Source: Thermoplasmata archaeon (GTDB lineage Archaea > Thermoplasmatota > Thermoplasmata > RBG-16-68-12 > JAGMCJ01). From it: DNA of 64,000 bases. Below are positions 17,481 to 25,878 of this stretch, piece by piece. Numbering within the stretch: position 1 is the stretch's first letter; every line of letters starts with the position of its first letter. A model generated the notes under the pieces. The model saw only the letters and a list, made by a program, of their open reading frames with translations, did no database searches and had not been told where the DNA came from. The stretch spans positions 89,785 through 153,784 of the forward strand of contig JBHIFJ010000001.1 in NCBI GenBank assembly GCA_046761045.1, read 5' to 3'. Made by a program: the position numbers and the translations under genes.

Positions 17481-20400
17481 TCAAATGATGATTGTCGTTG
17501 TCGCAACCGACGTCGCACCATCATCGTCGTGCAGATACAGGGTTATCACATAGGTTCCGTGGCTGCTGAAGGCATGCGCAACCACACAGTGTGCGGGGAA
17601 TGGATAGGTTCCCGTCCAGTAGCTCAGATAGGGATCAGGACCGAGACCGTCGTTGAAGAACGAAGCCGTGTCTACGGTACCGTCTCCCCAATTCCATTCG
17701 AATATGAGGTCGTCGCTTCCAGGGTCCAAGCCATCGGCGATGAACGTGATGTCGTGACCGAGGAACATGCTCGAGAGGTTGTCAACGTTCCAGAACCATG
17801 TCTCTTCGTGCCTCACGTTGAACGTGTGATGCATCCTGGACTCCGTCCCGTCATCGAACCTCATGACGATCCACGAAGGGCTCGCTCCCCAAATCTGCCC
17901 ATTGATGGGATCGTTCGAGGGGGTGTAGTAGACCTCTGCCCGATACTCACTCGAGAGATCGATGGAGAGGTTAGATGCCCACACCATCTGTTCGTTCGGA
18001 CTTCCTGGATACCTCACAATCGTTGCATTCCAAATCTCGACGTCATCCTTGAGCAGATGGATGGAGACATCGTGCCATTTCTCGCCCGCGATTCTCAATC
18101 CCATTGACGCGTTGAAGAAATACTGAGGACTGACCGATATCTGAGGAGCGGCGTTGGAAACGCTAACGTTCACCGTCCCGCTTCCCAGGCCACCATCATC
18201 GTCGAGGACAAACACGTACACGGGGCCGTCATAGTCGTCATTGAACGTCCATTGGACAGTCGGCAGGGAGCCTTGATTCAGCGTCGACCCTTCAACATCC
18301 CTATCGTTGGCTGGGTCTCCGTCCCCATCCGAGTCGTAGGTCGGCCTGAAGTCCCACCACCACACCCAGGTATCGAGCCAGCCCGGATCGCTGAAACTCC
18401 CGTCAAAGGACAGCGTGGTCGGCTCGGCTCCCGTTGCGTTGACCGTACCTGCCACCGTTGGGGCGACATTGAGAACCGTGATGGCGAGCTCAGCGGTGTC
18501 CCAGTCCCCGACATCATCCTCCACCCTTAGGCTGACTGTGTAGATGCCGTTGTCACCGTAGGCATGCTGAACCTCATCCATCTCGTGATGGCTGTATCCC
18601 CAGCCCGGTGCAAAACTCCCTGATTGTGGCGGGCCGTCACCGAAGTCCCATTCTGCGACGTGACTGTCAAGCCAGCTCGGGTCGTCGAAGTACCCGTCGA
18701 AGGTGGCGAGGGCTCCTTCGTTCGCCGGGTTCGGAAGGGCACTGTCTATTACGACCGTTGGCGGAACGTTCGTGACGAGTGCCAGAGCGGTCGCGCTCGC
18801 CAAACCATTGTCGTCATCCTGAACCGTGATGAGGACAGAGTACGATCCCGCATGGCCGTACGCGTGAGAGCCGTATGCCGTCAGGTTCACGGGATTGACC
18901 TCCGGGCTCGGATACGGGTCTGGACCCAGGCCATTGAAGTAGGTATCAAAGTCATCAGGGCTGCTGTCTCCCCAGGACCAGGCAACCGTGATGTCATCAC
19001 TCCCTGGGTCGGTCACTGTTATGTCGAACAGAATCGAGTCGCCTTCATCTCCCGCGAATGTTGGTGCAATATGAGCCTCAGGCGGGACGTTGAGGACGGT
19101 TATCTGGACTGTGTCATTGTCCACGAGTCCTTGGTCGTCGGTGATCGTCAGTGTGGCGTTGAACACTCCGTTGTCCCCGTATGTGTGCGTCACGACCATG
19201 CCATCTGCATCCGCATCATTCGTGTAGATGCCGTCTCCGTCCGAGTCGACTCTGTCATCGAAGTCCCATTCGTATTGCAGGTCGGGTTCTCCCGCTCTGC
19301 TGACCCAGTAGAGCGCGTTGACAAAGAGCTCGGACTCCTGGACAGATGGGAGGGTGAGGTTGGTGCCGTCACAGAGCATGACAAGGTGCCCGATTTCACT
19401 GACCGAGACTCTGCCTTCGCCGTGCTCGTGAACGGTGAGATAGAAGTTGTTGCTGGCTGGAGGGGAGCCAGCGAATATCGCCACCGCCGTTGCAGTAGTC
19501 ATCTCCCCGCCCACGGTGTGGGTGTCCTGCACAGGGACTGACTGTCCTGGTGCCCCAACATCGAACGGGGAGTGCATAACGGGGTGGTCCGTTGTGAACA
19601 AGATCGTGTTCCCATTGATCCAGCCAGCGCCGACATCGTCCACACCAGCCGGTGTCTCGGCGTCGGAACCGTAGTCGAACTTGAATTCCAATGCATCGTG
19701 GGTCCAGAGGATGCCCCCGCCCTGCTCCACATATGTCCTGAGCTCTGATATCCTCTGCAGCGGAGTGTCAATTGGCTCATAGCAGTCGCTTATTCCAAAG
19801 ACGATGGCATCGTACGCGCTCAGGTCCACAGGGATGCCAGAGTTGAAGTCGTGGATGCTCACCTGCTTGATGTCGAAGAGCTCTCCTGCGCCCGCGTTGT
19901 CCACGGTCTTCTGGACTTCGTTCTGTGAGAAGATGGACACATGGAGGACCTTCGACTGCTCAGCTGCGTCGGGATCGAATGAGCCTGACCCGTCCAACGT
20001 GACCTCTTGGCCCTCGTCAGCTGTCTGGTCCTCTCCGGCGTCTGCCACCGGAGGCTGAGGTCCCGTGTATGCGTAGGGCAGGAATGCGCCGAAGGTCTGC
20101 GGGTCATCGTAGTCTCCGTTTATCACAAGTATCGGCTGGTCCGAAGTGATGTGGAGAATCTCGCCCGCCCAAACGCCGCTTCCCCACCAATAGCCGAATC
20201 CATCAGTGCCCTTGGGCCACGGCGTCCCGCCGGGTCCGATTGTGAAGTCGTGATGCGCCTGATTACCAAAGCCCTTTGTCCTCGTCAAGGACGTGATAAC
20301 CACATTCGTGGATTGATTGTATGCGAAAATCTGAAGGTCGTTCGAGTTCCCGAAGTTCTGGGCAAAGCAGTAGAGTTCTCGACTGGAGGGTCCGGTGGGA

Positions 20401-21542
20401 ATTGGATAGGCAACGTCGGCATAGTCAAGAGTATTGCTTCCCACAGGCCCGTCGTAGACCAGCACAGGCTTGTTGGAGGCCACTTTGACATAGTCGCTGT
20501 CGAAGGCATTGTTGGGGCTGACGAGCGTTACAGTTGGATTCGAGCCTCTTGGTGTGATATCACCAAAATTGTCCGTCTGCTTCCAGCCCGTGTATATGTC
20601 GTATGTGCCATCCGAATCATCACCGTCCAGGGTGGCGTTGAAGCTGTCATCGCCATCGCTCAGGTCGATTATGGAGATTTGCGTATCGTTCTCCAAGGGA
20701 AACACTGTCAGATGTTTTCTCACATAGGTGAAAAAGAGCGTCCCCCTCTCCAATCCATCATCACCGGTGGCATACGACGGAGGAGTTGCAGTCCAGTCAC
20801 TCAACCACGGATGTCTCGATTGTTTTCCCACAAGGACGGATGTGAGGACATTGCTCGTGACATGGACAGTGTCCTCCTCGAATCCTTGTATGTAGTATAT
20901 CTCGATCTCGGAATCCGAGTAGTCAAGCATCGGAGAGGAAGATGTGAGAGTGTAGTCATCATCCGTATCTCCATCTTGATTGGTCACCATGTCATCCACG
21001 GTGACAAGCGTCGATTTGCCGGCCTCCTTAAGGGCGAATATGTACATCTCCTCGTCCACAAACCCGAGGAACTCATGTCCTAGTTCCGTACCGCTCCTTC
21101 CCTCCTCCCCGTAGGCAGGCACATAGGACATCCACGGATTGCCGGTTCCGGGATTGAGGTATCCCGTCCAAATGGTGACGGGTTTTCGAGCGGTCCCACC
21201 CGTTGCATCCTCGGTCACGACCTTGAGCCTAATCTCCTGAGTGGGTGAACCGACGCCACCCCTTTCTATGAACGAATCGCCGGCATTGCTGAGCACGAAG
21301 GGGTTCACTATTGGCGGGCTGTCCAGTCGCGAGTCAGTCGTGCTCAGGAGACCTCCCGTGTCGATGTCATACAGATAGACCTTCGTCGCAGGTTCCTGGG
21401 CAATTATGATTAAGTCGCCGGACCAGAATGTGAGATAGTCCGTCCCGGTCGCTCCGCCTACAATATCCCCGATGGGCACAGCGACTGGCGTGATCGAGGC
21501 GACAAGTAGAGCGCAAACCATTACCGAACAGAGTCCTCTCAT
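17481..21542 (-). CDS. Giant secreted surface protein (1353 aa) with signal peptide, multiple PKD/Ig-like domains and an embedded GATase1/ThuA-like domain
   Basis: N-term MRGLCSVMVCALLVASITPVA; repeated DxDGxxxxYxWDFGDG/TxTVTDDxG PKD signatures. Confidence 0.8.
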   Translation of the reverse strand: MRGLCSVMVCALLVASITPVAVPIGDIVGGATGTDYLTFWSGDLIIIAQEPATKVYLYDIDTGGLLSTTDSRLDSPPIVNPFVLSNAGDSFIERGGVGSPTQEIRLKVVTEDATGGTARKPVTIWTGYLNPGTGNPWMSYVPAYGEEGRSGTELGHEFLGFVDEEMYIFALKEAGKSTLVTVDDMVTNQDGDTDDDYTLTSSSPMLDYSDSEIEIYYIQGFEEDTVHVTSNVLTSVLVGKQSRHPWLSDWTATPPSYATGDDGLERGTLFFTYVRKHLTVFPLENDTQISIIDLSDGDDSFNATLDGDDSDGTYDIYTGWKQTDNFGDITPRGSNPTVTLVSPNNAFDSDYVKVASNKPVLVYDGPVGSNTLDYADVAYPIPTGPSSRELYCFAQNFGNSNDLQIFAYNQSTNVVITSLTRTKGFGNQAHHDFTIGPGGTPWPKGTDGFGYWWGSGVWAGEILHITSDQPILVINGDYDDPQTFGAFLPYAYTGPQPPVADAGEDQTADEGQEVTLDGSGSFDPDAAEQSKVLHVSIFSQNEVQKTVDNAGAGELFDIKQVSIHDFNSGIPVDLSAYDAIVFGISDCYEPIDTPLQRISELRTYVEQGGGILWTHDALEFKFDYGSDAETPAGVDDVGAGWINGNTILFTTDHPVMHSPFDVGAPGQSVPVQDTHTVGGEMTTATAVAIFAGSPPASNNFYLTVHEHGEGRVSVSEIGHLVMLCDGTNLTLPSVQESELFVNALYWVSRAGEPDLQYEWDFDDRVDSDGDGIYTNDADADGMVVTHTYGDNGVFNATLTITDDQGLVDNDTVQITVLNVPPEAHIAPTFAGDEGDSILFDITVTDPGSDDITVAWSWGDSSPDDFDTYFNGLGPDPYPSPEVNPVNLTAYGSHAYGHAGSYSVLITVQDDDNGLASATALALVTNVPPTVVIDSALPNPANEGALATFDGYFDDPSWLDSHVAEWDFGDGPPQSGSFAPGWGYSHHEMDEVQHAYGDNGIYTVSLRVEDDVGDWDTAELAITVLNVAPTVAGTVNATGAEPTTLSFDGSFSDPGWLDTWVWWWDFRPTYDSDGDGDPANDRDVEGSTLNQGSLPTVQWTFNDDYDGPVYVFVLDDDGGLGSGTVNVSVSNAAPQISVSPQYFFNASMGLRIAGEKWHDVSIHLLKDDVEIWNATIVRYPGSPNEQMVWASNLSIDLSSEYRAEVYYTPSNDPINGQIWGASPSWIVMRFDDGTESRMHHTFNVRHEETWFWNVDNLSSMFLGHDITFIADGLDPGSDDLIFEWNWGDGTVDTASFFNDGLGPDPYLSYWTGTYPFPAHCVVAHAFSSHGTYVITLYLHDDDGATSVATTTIII

Positions 21543-21830
21543 TCCAGTCCCCCATTGCTGGAATGAACTTCGACATATATAATGATGTCACAGTAAAGAA
21601 AAGAAAGGAGGGAGGAACCGTCGCTTATCAGGAACTTCCGTCCGGCATCCAGCATTTGTGATGGAGCGCTCGTTCACCCCCCTCCAGGCCAGCGTTATTT
21701 CCTCTTGCGAGAGAACAAACACTGTCTGTAACGGCTCGTATTCTTCATTAACAGCACGATATTTAAAGCTCGTTGGGAAATCACCTTCCTGGGTACCACA
21801 TACCAACTCAGATACCATTGCTACAATATT

Positions 21831-21842
21831 AAATACGGAAAT
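21831..21842 (+). promoter_or_regulatory. Candidate archaeal TATA box upstream of tRNA-Met
   Basis: AATATTAAATAC ~20-30 nt upstream of tRNA 5' end. Confidence 0.35.
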
Positions 21843-21860
21843 AACCTATCCTCGGGACGA

Positions 21861-21934
21861 GGGCCCGTAGCTTAGCCTGGTGGAGCATCTGGCTCATAAC
21901 CAGAGGGTCGTCGGTTCAAATCCGGCCGGGCCCA
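21861..21934 (+). tRNA. tRNA-Met (anticodon CAU); could equally be tRNA-Ile2 (CAU, agmatidine)
   Basis: Manual fold: acceptor GGGCCCG/CGGGCCC, anticodon stem TCTGG/CCAGA, loop CU-CAU-AA, T-loop TTCAAAT; G1:C72 so not initiator. Confidence 0.85.
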
Positions 21935-22073
21935 TTCCTTCTTGATCTGCCTCAAGCCTCTTCTTTTGATCAGGCTTCACCTAGGACTCGCATATCCGCT
22001 TTCGAGAACTGCGTGTACGCCTCTCCCCTGAAGCGAGAAGCCCCAACGTACTCTGGTTCCCCGTGCGTGTCGA

Positions 22074-22997
22074 TCAGACCGCCACATAGCGCTCAAGGGC
22101 TTTCAATCCATCGACGCCACCCGCGCTCCTTTCGAAGGACATCTTCAACGCGTATTCCTTCTTCGTGGGTGTGTGCTCGAAGTGGACGCCGTAGTCCACC
22201 AGAACTCTGGCCGCAGCGGCCGCGGTTGTGTGGAGCGTGTTGTCAGTCTTACGCACGATATTCCTGAGGTCGTCTCGCGACCCATGAATCGAGCCCTCGA
22301 CAATGAGTTCGCCGTCCCTGATATCGCTGAACCTTCCGAACACCCAGAGAATGTTGAGCAATGTCTTCCTCAGTCTTTTGATTGTTACCTGCTTGGCATA
22401 CGTCTCGGCTGGGGCTGTCAATATGTCCACGAAGACGCCATGTAGTGATCTGAGAGTATCGTTCTCCTTTTTTGATAGAGGCAGGTCGTCGGGGAACTTG
22501 GCGATTCTCACTCTCAATGGCTCGACCTCGGGTTTCTCGCCGATGTCTTCTTGCTTCAGCGAGGCTCGTATCTCCGCAAGGTGCTTGAGCCCTTCGTACG
22601 GCTCAATGAAAGCTATGTAGTCCTCCTCTGGGATTGGCTCGCCCGTCTTCGTTTCGACTATCTCCCTGAAGTCTTCACCTGGGATCCTTCTTTTGAGGTC
22701 CTCGCACGGATACCAAGCGCAATGGGCGCATGTTTCTACTCCCGTCCTCAAGGCGCATGGTCGAATGTAACAGCCACGGTCTGGCACCACGTTTCCAGGC
22801 TTCCACGGTACGGATGATTGGCATCCCTGGCAGTAGCATAGGTCCGGACTCAGGCGAACCCCCAAGTACTTGAACCATCCATCACTGCACCTCTGTCTGT
22901 CCTCTTCTGTTCTGGCATTCCCCTTGAAAGCCGGGCAGCGCCCACAGTTGCAACCACACTTGGCGAACCAGTCCTCCGTGATCACTCCTCCTCCCAC
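22074..22997 (-). CDS. Hypothetical protein with Cys-rich N-terminal (putative metal-binding) domain
   Basis: 307 aa; CGCNCGRCP...CYCQGCQ...CYIRPC...CAHCAWYPC. Confidence 0.55.
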   Translation of the reverse strand: MGGGVITEDWFAKCGCNCGRCPAFKGNARTEEDRQRCSDGWFKYLGVRLSPDLCYCQGCQSSVPWKPGNVVPDRGCYIRPCALRTGVETCAHCAWYPCEDLKRRIPGEDFREIVETKTGEPIPEEDYIAFIEPYEGLKHLAEIRASLKQEDIGEKPEVEPLRVRIAKFPDDLPLSKKENDTLRSLHGVFVDILTAPAETYAKQVTIKRLRKTLLNILWVFGRFSDIRDGELIVEGSIHGSRDDLRNIVRKTDNTLHTTAAAAARVLVDYGVHFEHTPTKKEYALKMSFERSAGGVDGLKALERYVAV

Positions 22998-23053
22998 TTG
23001 CGAAAGCTCGAACCTGCCAATCGGTCCTCAGTATCTATAAGTTTCCCATGGGT

Positions 23054-24391
23054 CTAGGCGCTCGTCACAGAGACGTTTTCCAGCCTGACCCAAGGAACGA
23101 TGAAGTTCATTATCCTCTCCGTCTCCTTCGATATGCCGCTGATCTCCTTGAGGAGTTCGAAGACATTTCCCGCCACCAGCGTCTCCTTTATCGGGCTGAC
23201 CTTCTCACCCTTCTCGATTAGATAGCCGCCCTTCACTCCACCAGAGAAGTCGCCGCTTATTGGGTCGGGAGCGCCTGAGAACCTGCTTATTGCGACGCCC
23301 TTCTTCGTTTCAGCTGTCAGGTCGTCAACGGAATCATTGCCGGGTTCGATGATCAGGTTCGTCGTTGCGATTCTTGGTGGGCCTGATATTCCGCCAGATG
23401 CGTGGCCAGTGGTCTCGCGGTCCTCCTTCTTCGCCGTAAGCGTGTTGTACAGGAAGTTCTTCAGAACACCCTTCTCGATTATATGCAGCGGTTGATGAGG
23501 GCAGCCCTCTCGGTCGAAGCTCGATGAGCCCAGAGCGCCAGCGATGAGGCCGTCGTCGCGCACGGTGAACGCCTCCGACGCGACTCTCTCGCCGATGCGA
23601 CCCGCGAATCTGCTCATGCCCTTCTGCACGGCATTCGAGTTTGTTGAGAACGCTATCACGGGGGCGAGGAGGTCCACAACTGTGTTAGGGTTTAGCACGA
23701 CCGTCCCCTTGAAGCTCTCTATCTTCTTCGCGCCAAGGGAGTTGACCACGGTCTCCGCCAAGGTCCGGGCGCTCGTTTCCACATCGATCTCGTCCACCCG
23801 CCGGGTTCCGTTGAAGCGGTAGTCGAAGCTGGAGACCTCCTCGTCCTCGATGGCCATTCCCATTATGACATGCGTGAAGGCGCATGCCCTCTCCGAAGCC
23901 TCGGTCCCATTCGAGTTCGCCACCGCTGATTCGCCCACATCAACGGAGAAGTATCCACTGTCGACAGTGACTCTGGGGTCGTAGTCCCTGGCGACCTTGA
24001 GAAGCCTCGTTGCATTCTCCAGGGCATCGTCCATGGTGAAATCCCTGCTCTGCGGGTCATATAGCCCCTCTACCTTGCTGATGGGCTTCACGTCAGGGAG
24101 TTCGTTGAACTCAAGGGGGGGCGCCCTTCTCGCCAGGCCGAGAGCGTTCTCAGCCGCTCTCACGATTTCTTCCTTTGCGAGGTCATTGACGGACGCGAAG
24201 CCGAGCGAGTGGTTCAGGATGACCCGTATCCCGATGCCTGAGAGATCCTGGCTCTTTCCCATCTTTATCCCGTTCCTCTCTATCGAGACGTTGATCTCCT
24301 TCCCCCTTGCAGCGAAGCCCTCTGCCTCTGTCGCTCCGAGTTCAAGCGCCTTCTTGACGGCGTATTGGCAGGCCTCGAGAACGTCTAGCAT
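23054..24391 (-). CDS. TldE/PmbA-family metalloprotease component
   Basis: TldD/PmbA family similarity; start ATG 24391 two nt after stop of upstream TldD gene. Confidence 0.8.
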   Translation of the reverse strand: MLDVLEACQYAVKKALELGATEAEGFAARGKEINVSIERNGIKMGKSQDLSGIGIRVILNHSLGFASVNDLAKEEIVRAAENALGLARRAPPLEFNELPDVKPISKVEGLYDPQSRDFTMDDALENATRLLKVARDYDPRVTVDSGYFSVDVGESAVANSNGTEASERACAFTHVIMGMAIEDEEVSSFDYRFNGTRRVDEIDVETSARTLAETVVNSLGAKKIESFKGTVVLNPNTVVDLLAPVIAFSTNSNAVQKGMSRFAGRIGERVASEAFTVRDDGLIAGALGSSSFDREGCPHQPLHIIEKGVLKNFLYNTLTAKKEDRETTGHASGGISGPPRIATTNLIIEPGNDSVDDLTAETKKGVAISRFSGAPDPISGDFSGGVKGGYLIEKGEKVSPIKETLVAGNVFELLKEISGISKETERIMNFIVPWVRLENVSVTSA

Positions 24392-24393
24392 CT

Positions 24394-25794
24394 TCAGCCC
24401 TCCTGTCTTCCACCAATGATGGCCTTGCAACGGATGGCACCTCCGCCGCCATCAACCTTGGCTCTTTGGTACTTGCCGCAGAACCCGACGCCTATGTCGA
24501 GGAGGAAGTCCTTCCCCACCGCATCAACGCTTTTGAGGACATCGAACGCCTGCCCGCTTATCGTGACGCCCCTCAGAAGCTCCTTCACCTCACCCTTCCT
24601 TATCATGTAGGCCTCGTCGACCTCGAACATGAACTCAGCATTGGAGTCGGCCTGCCCGTTTCCCGCCCCGCGCATGAGATACCCCTCCTTGACGCCCTCA
24701 ATTATCTCGTCCATCGAGTAGTCGCCCGGAAGGATGTATGTGTTTGTCATCCTGATTATCGGTTCGTCCGTGTACTCGAATGCACGAGCGTTCCCAGTCG
24801 GCTCAGTATCGAACATCAGGGCGCTCTCCCTGTCGTGCAGGTAGGACTTGAGCACGCCGTTCTCGATGACCTTGGTTCTTTTTGCCGGGACGCCTTCATC
24901 GTCCACGAGGACGGAACCTGTGCCATGTGAGTCCTCCTCAGGGTTCCCACTGTCCACCAGGGTGACGAGTTCACTCGCCAGCTTATGCCCGAGCTTCCCC
25001 TTGGTGATGGAACCTGAGAGGACGAAATCGGCCTCCACCGTGTGCCCAATCGCCTCATGGCTGATTAGGCCAACGAGCGAGGGTTCCAGTACGACTGTCG
25101 CGGTCTCACCCTTTGGGTGCTTTGCATGTAGCAGCCTGCTGGCGAGATTACAGGCATCCAATGCCAACTGCTCGGGCTCGTTCCTTCGCCAGAGGTCCTT
25201 CCAGCCACCGGTGACACTGGCTGCCTTCATGGCTCCGACCCTGTCCCCGTTCTCGGAAGCAATCGCATAGACATAGAACTCTGGCTTGACGTCATGGAGC
25301 TCGAACTCCGCCCCATCCGTGTTGACAACGACCTTCCTATCAATGAGTTCGGAGTAGACGGATATGGCCGACCTCACATTCTTTGACTCGTCCTTGGCTG
25401 TCTTCTCCGCCTCTATGACGAGGTTCATCTTCTCTTCCATGGAGTGGTTCTCGGCCGGGTCGTTCACTGTCGGGCAGAAGGTTCCTTTTGCCAGCTCTGC
25501 CTCAGCGAGCCCCTTAATCCTCTCTGTCCTATTCTGTGAGGCAACCCCTGCAGCCTTCTCCGCGTCCTTCAAGCTGCTCCTGATGGCATCGACTTTGAGG
25601 ACATTGGTGCTGCTGAAACCCCAGGATCCGTTCACGAGAGCCCGGACACCCACACCCGCATTCTTGAGGAATGTGGCATCCTCCAGCTCACCTGCAGCCA
25701 TGCGGATGTAGGTAGACTCCCTCTGATGGAACCTCATCTCGGCGTAATCACCCTCAAAATCGGAAAGGCACTTCGCGAGCAAGTCTAGCAACAA
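24394..25794 (-). CDS. tldD: TldD-family metalloprotease
   Basis: 466 aa; HExxxH-type region EAIGHTVEAD and conserved TldD blocks. Confidence 0.85.
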   Translation of the reverse strand: MLLDLLAKCLSDFEGDYAEMRFHQRESTYIRMAAGELEDATFLKNAGVGVRALVNGSWGFSSTNVLKVDAIRSSLKDAEKAAGVASQNRTERIKGLAEAELAKGTFCPTVNDPAENHSMEEKMNLVIEAEKTAKDESKNVRSAISVYSELIDRKVVVNTDGAEFELHDVKPEFYVYAIASENGDRVGAMKAASVTGGWKDLWRRNEPEQLALDACNLASRLLHAKHPKGETATVVLEPSLVGLISHEAIGHTVEADFVLSGSITKGKLGHKLASELVTLVDSGNPEEDSHGTGSVLVDDEGVPAKRTKVIENGVLKSYLHDRESALMFDTEPTGNARAFEYTDEPIIRMTNTYILPGDYSMDEIIEGVKEGYLMRGAGNGQADSNAEFMFEVDEAYMIRKGEVKELLRGVTISGQAFDVLKSVDAVGKDFLLDIGVGFCGKYQRAKVDGGGGAIRCKAIIGGRQEG

Positions 25795-25878
25795 ATCACC
25801 ATATGCAGAATGAGTGCGTGGTATATCTCACTTCCCGCGGCATCAAACCTTTTTATGCAGTCGGCCGTTTATCGGGCG

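Noticed and set aside
17406-21083. Long antisense ORFs inside giant surface-protein genes (for example 17406-18107, 18624-19541, 20007-21083; likewise 3820-4635, 24848-25270, 25843-26373, 27568-28548)
   Set aside because: High-GC antisense frames with Arg/Val/His-rich non-protein-like composition; the opposite-strand genes have clear domain content.
21861-21934. Initiator tRNA-Met assignment for the CAU tRNA
   Set aside because: G1:C72 and an anticodon stem without three consecutive G-C pairs argue for elongator Met or Ile2(CAU), not initiator.
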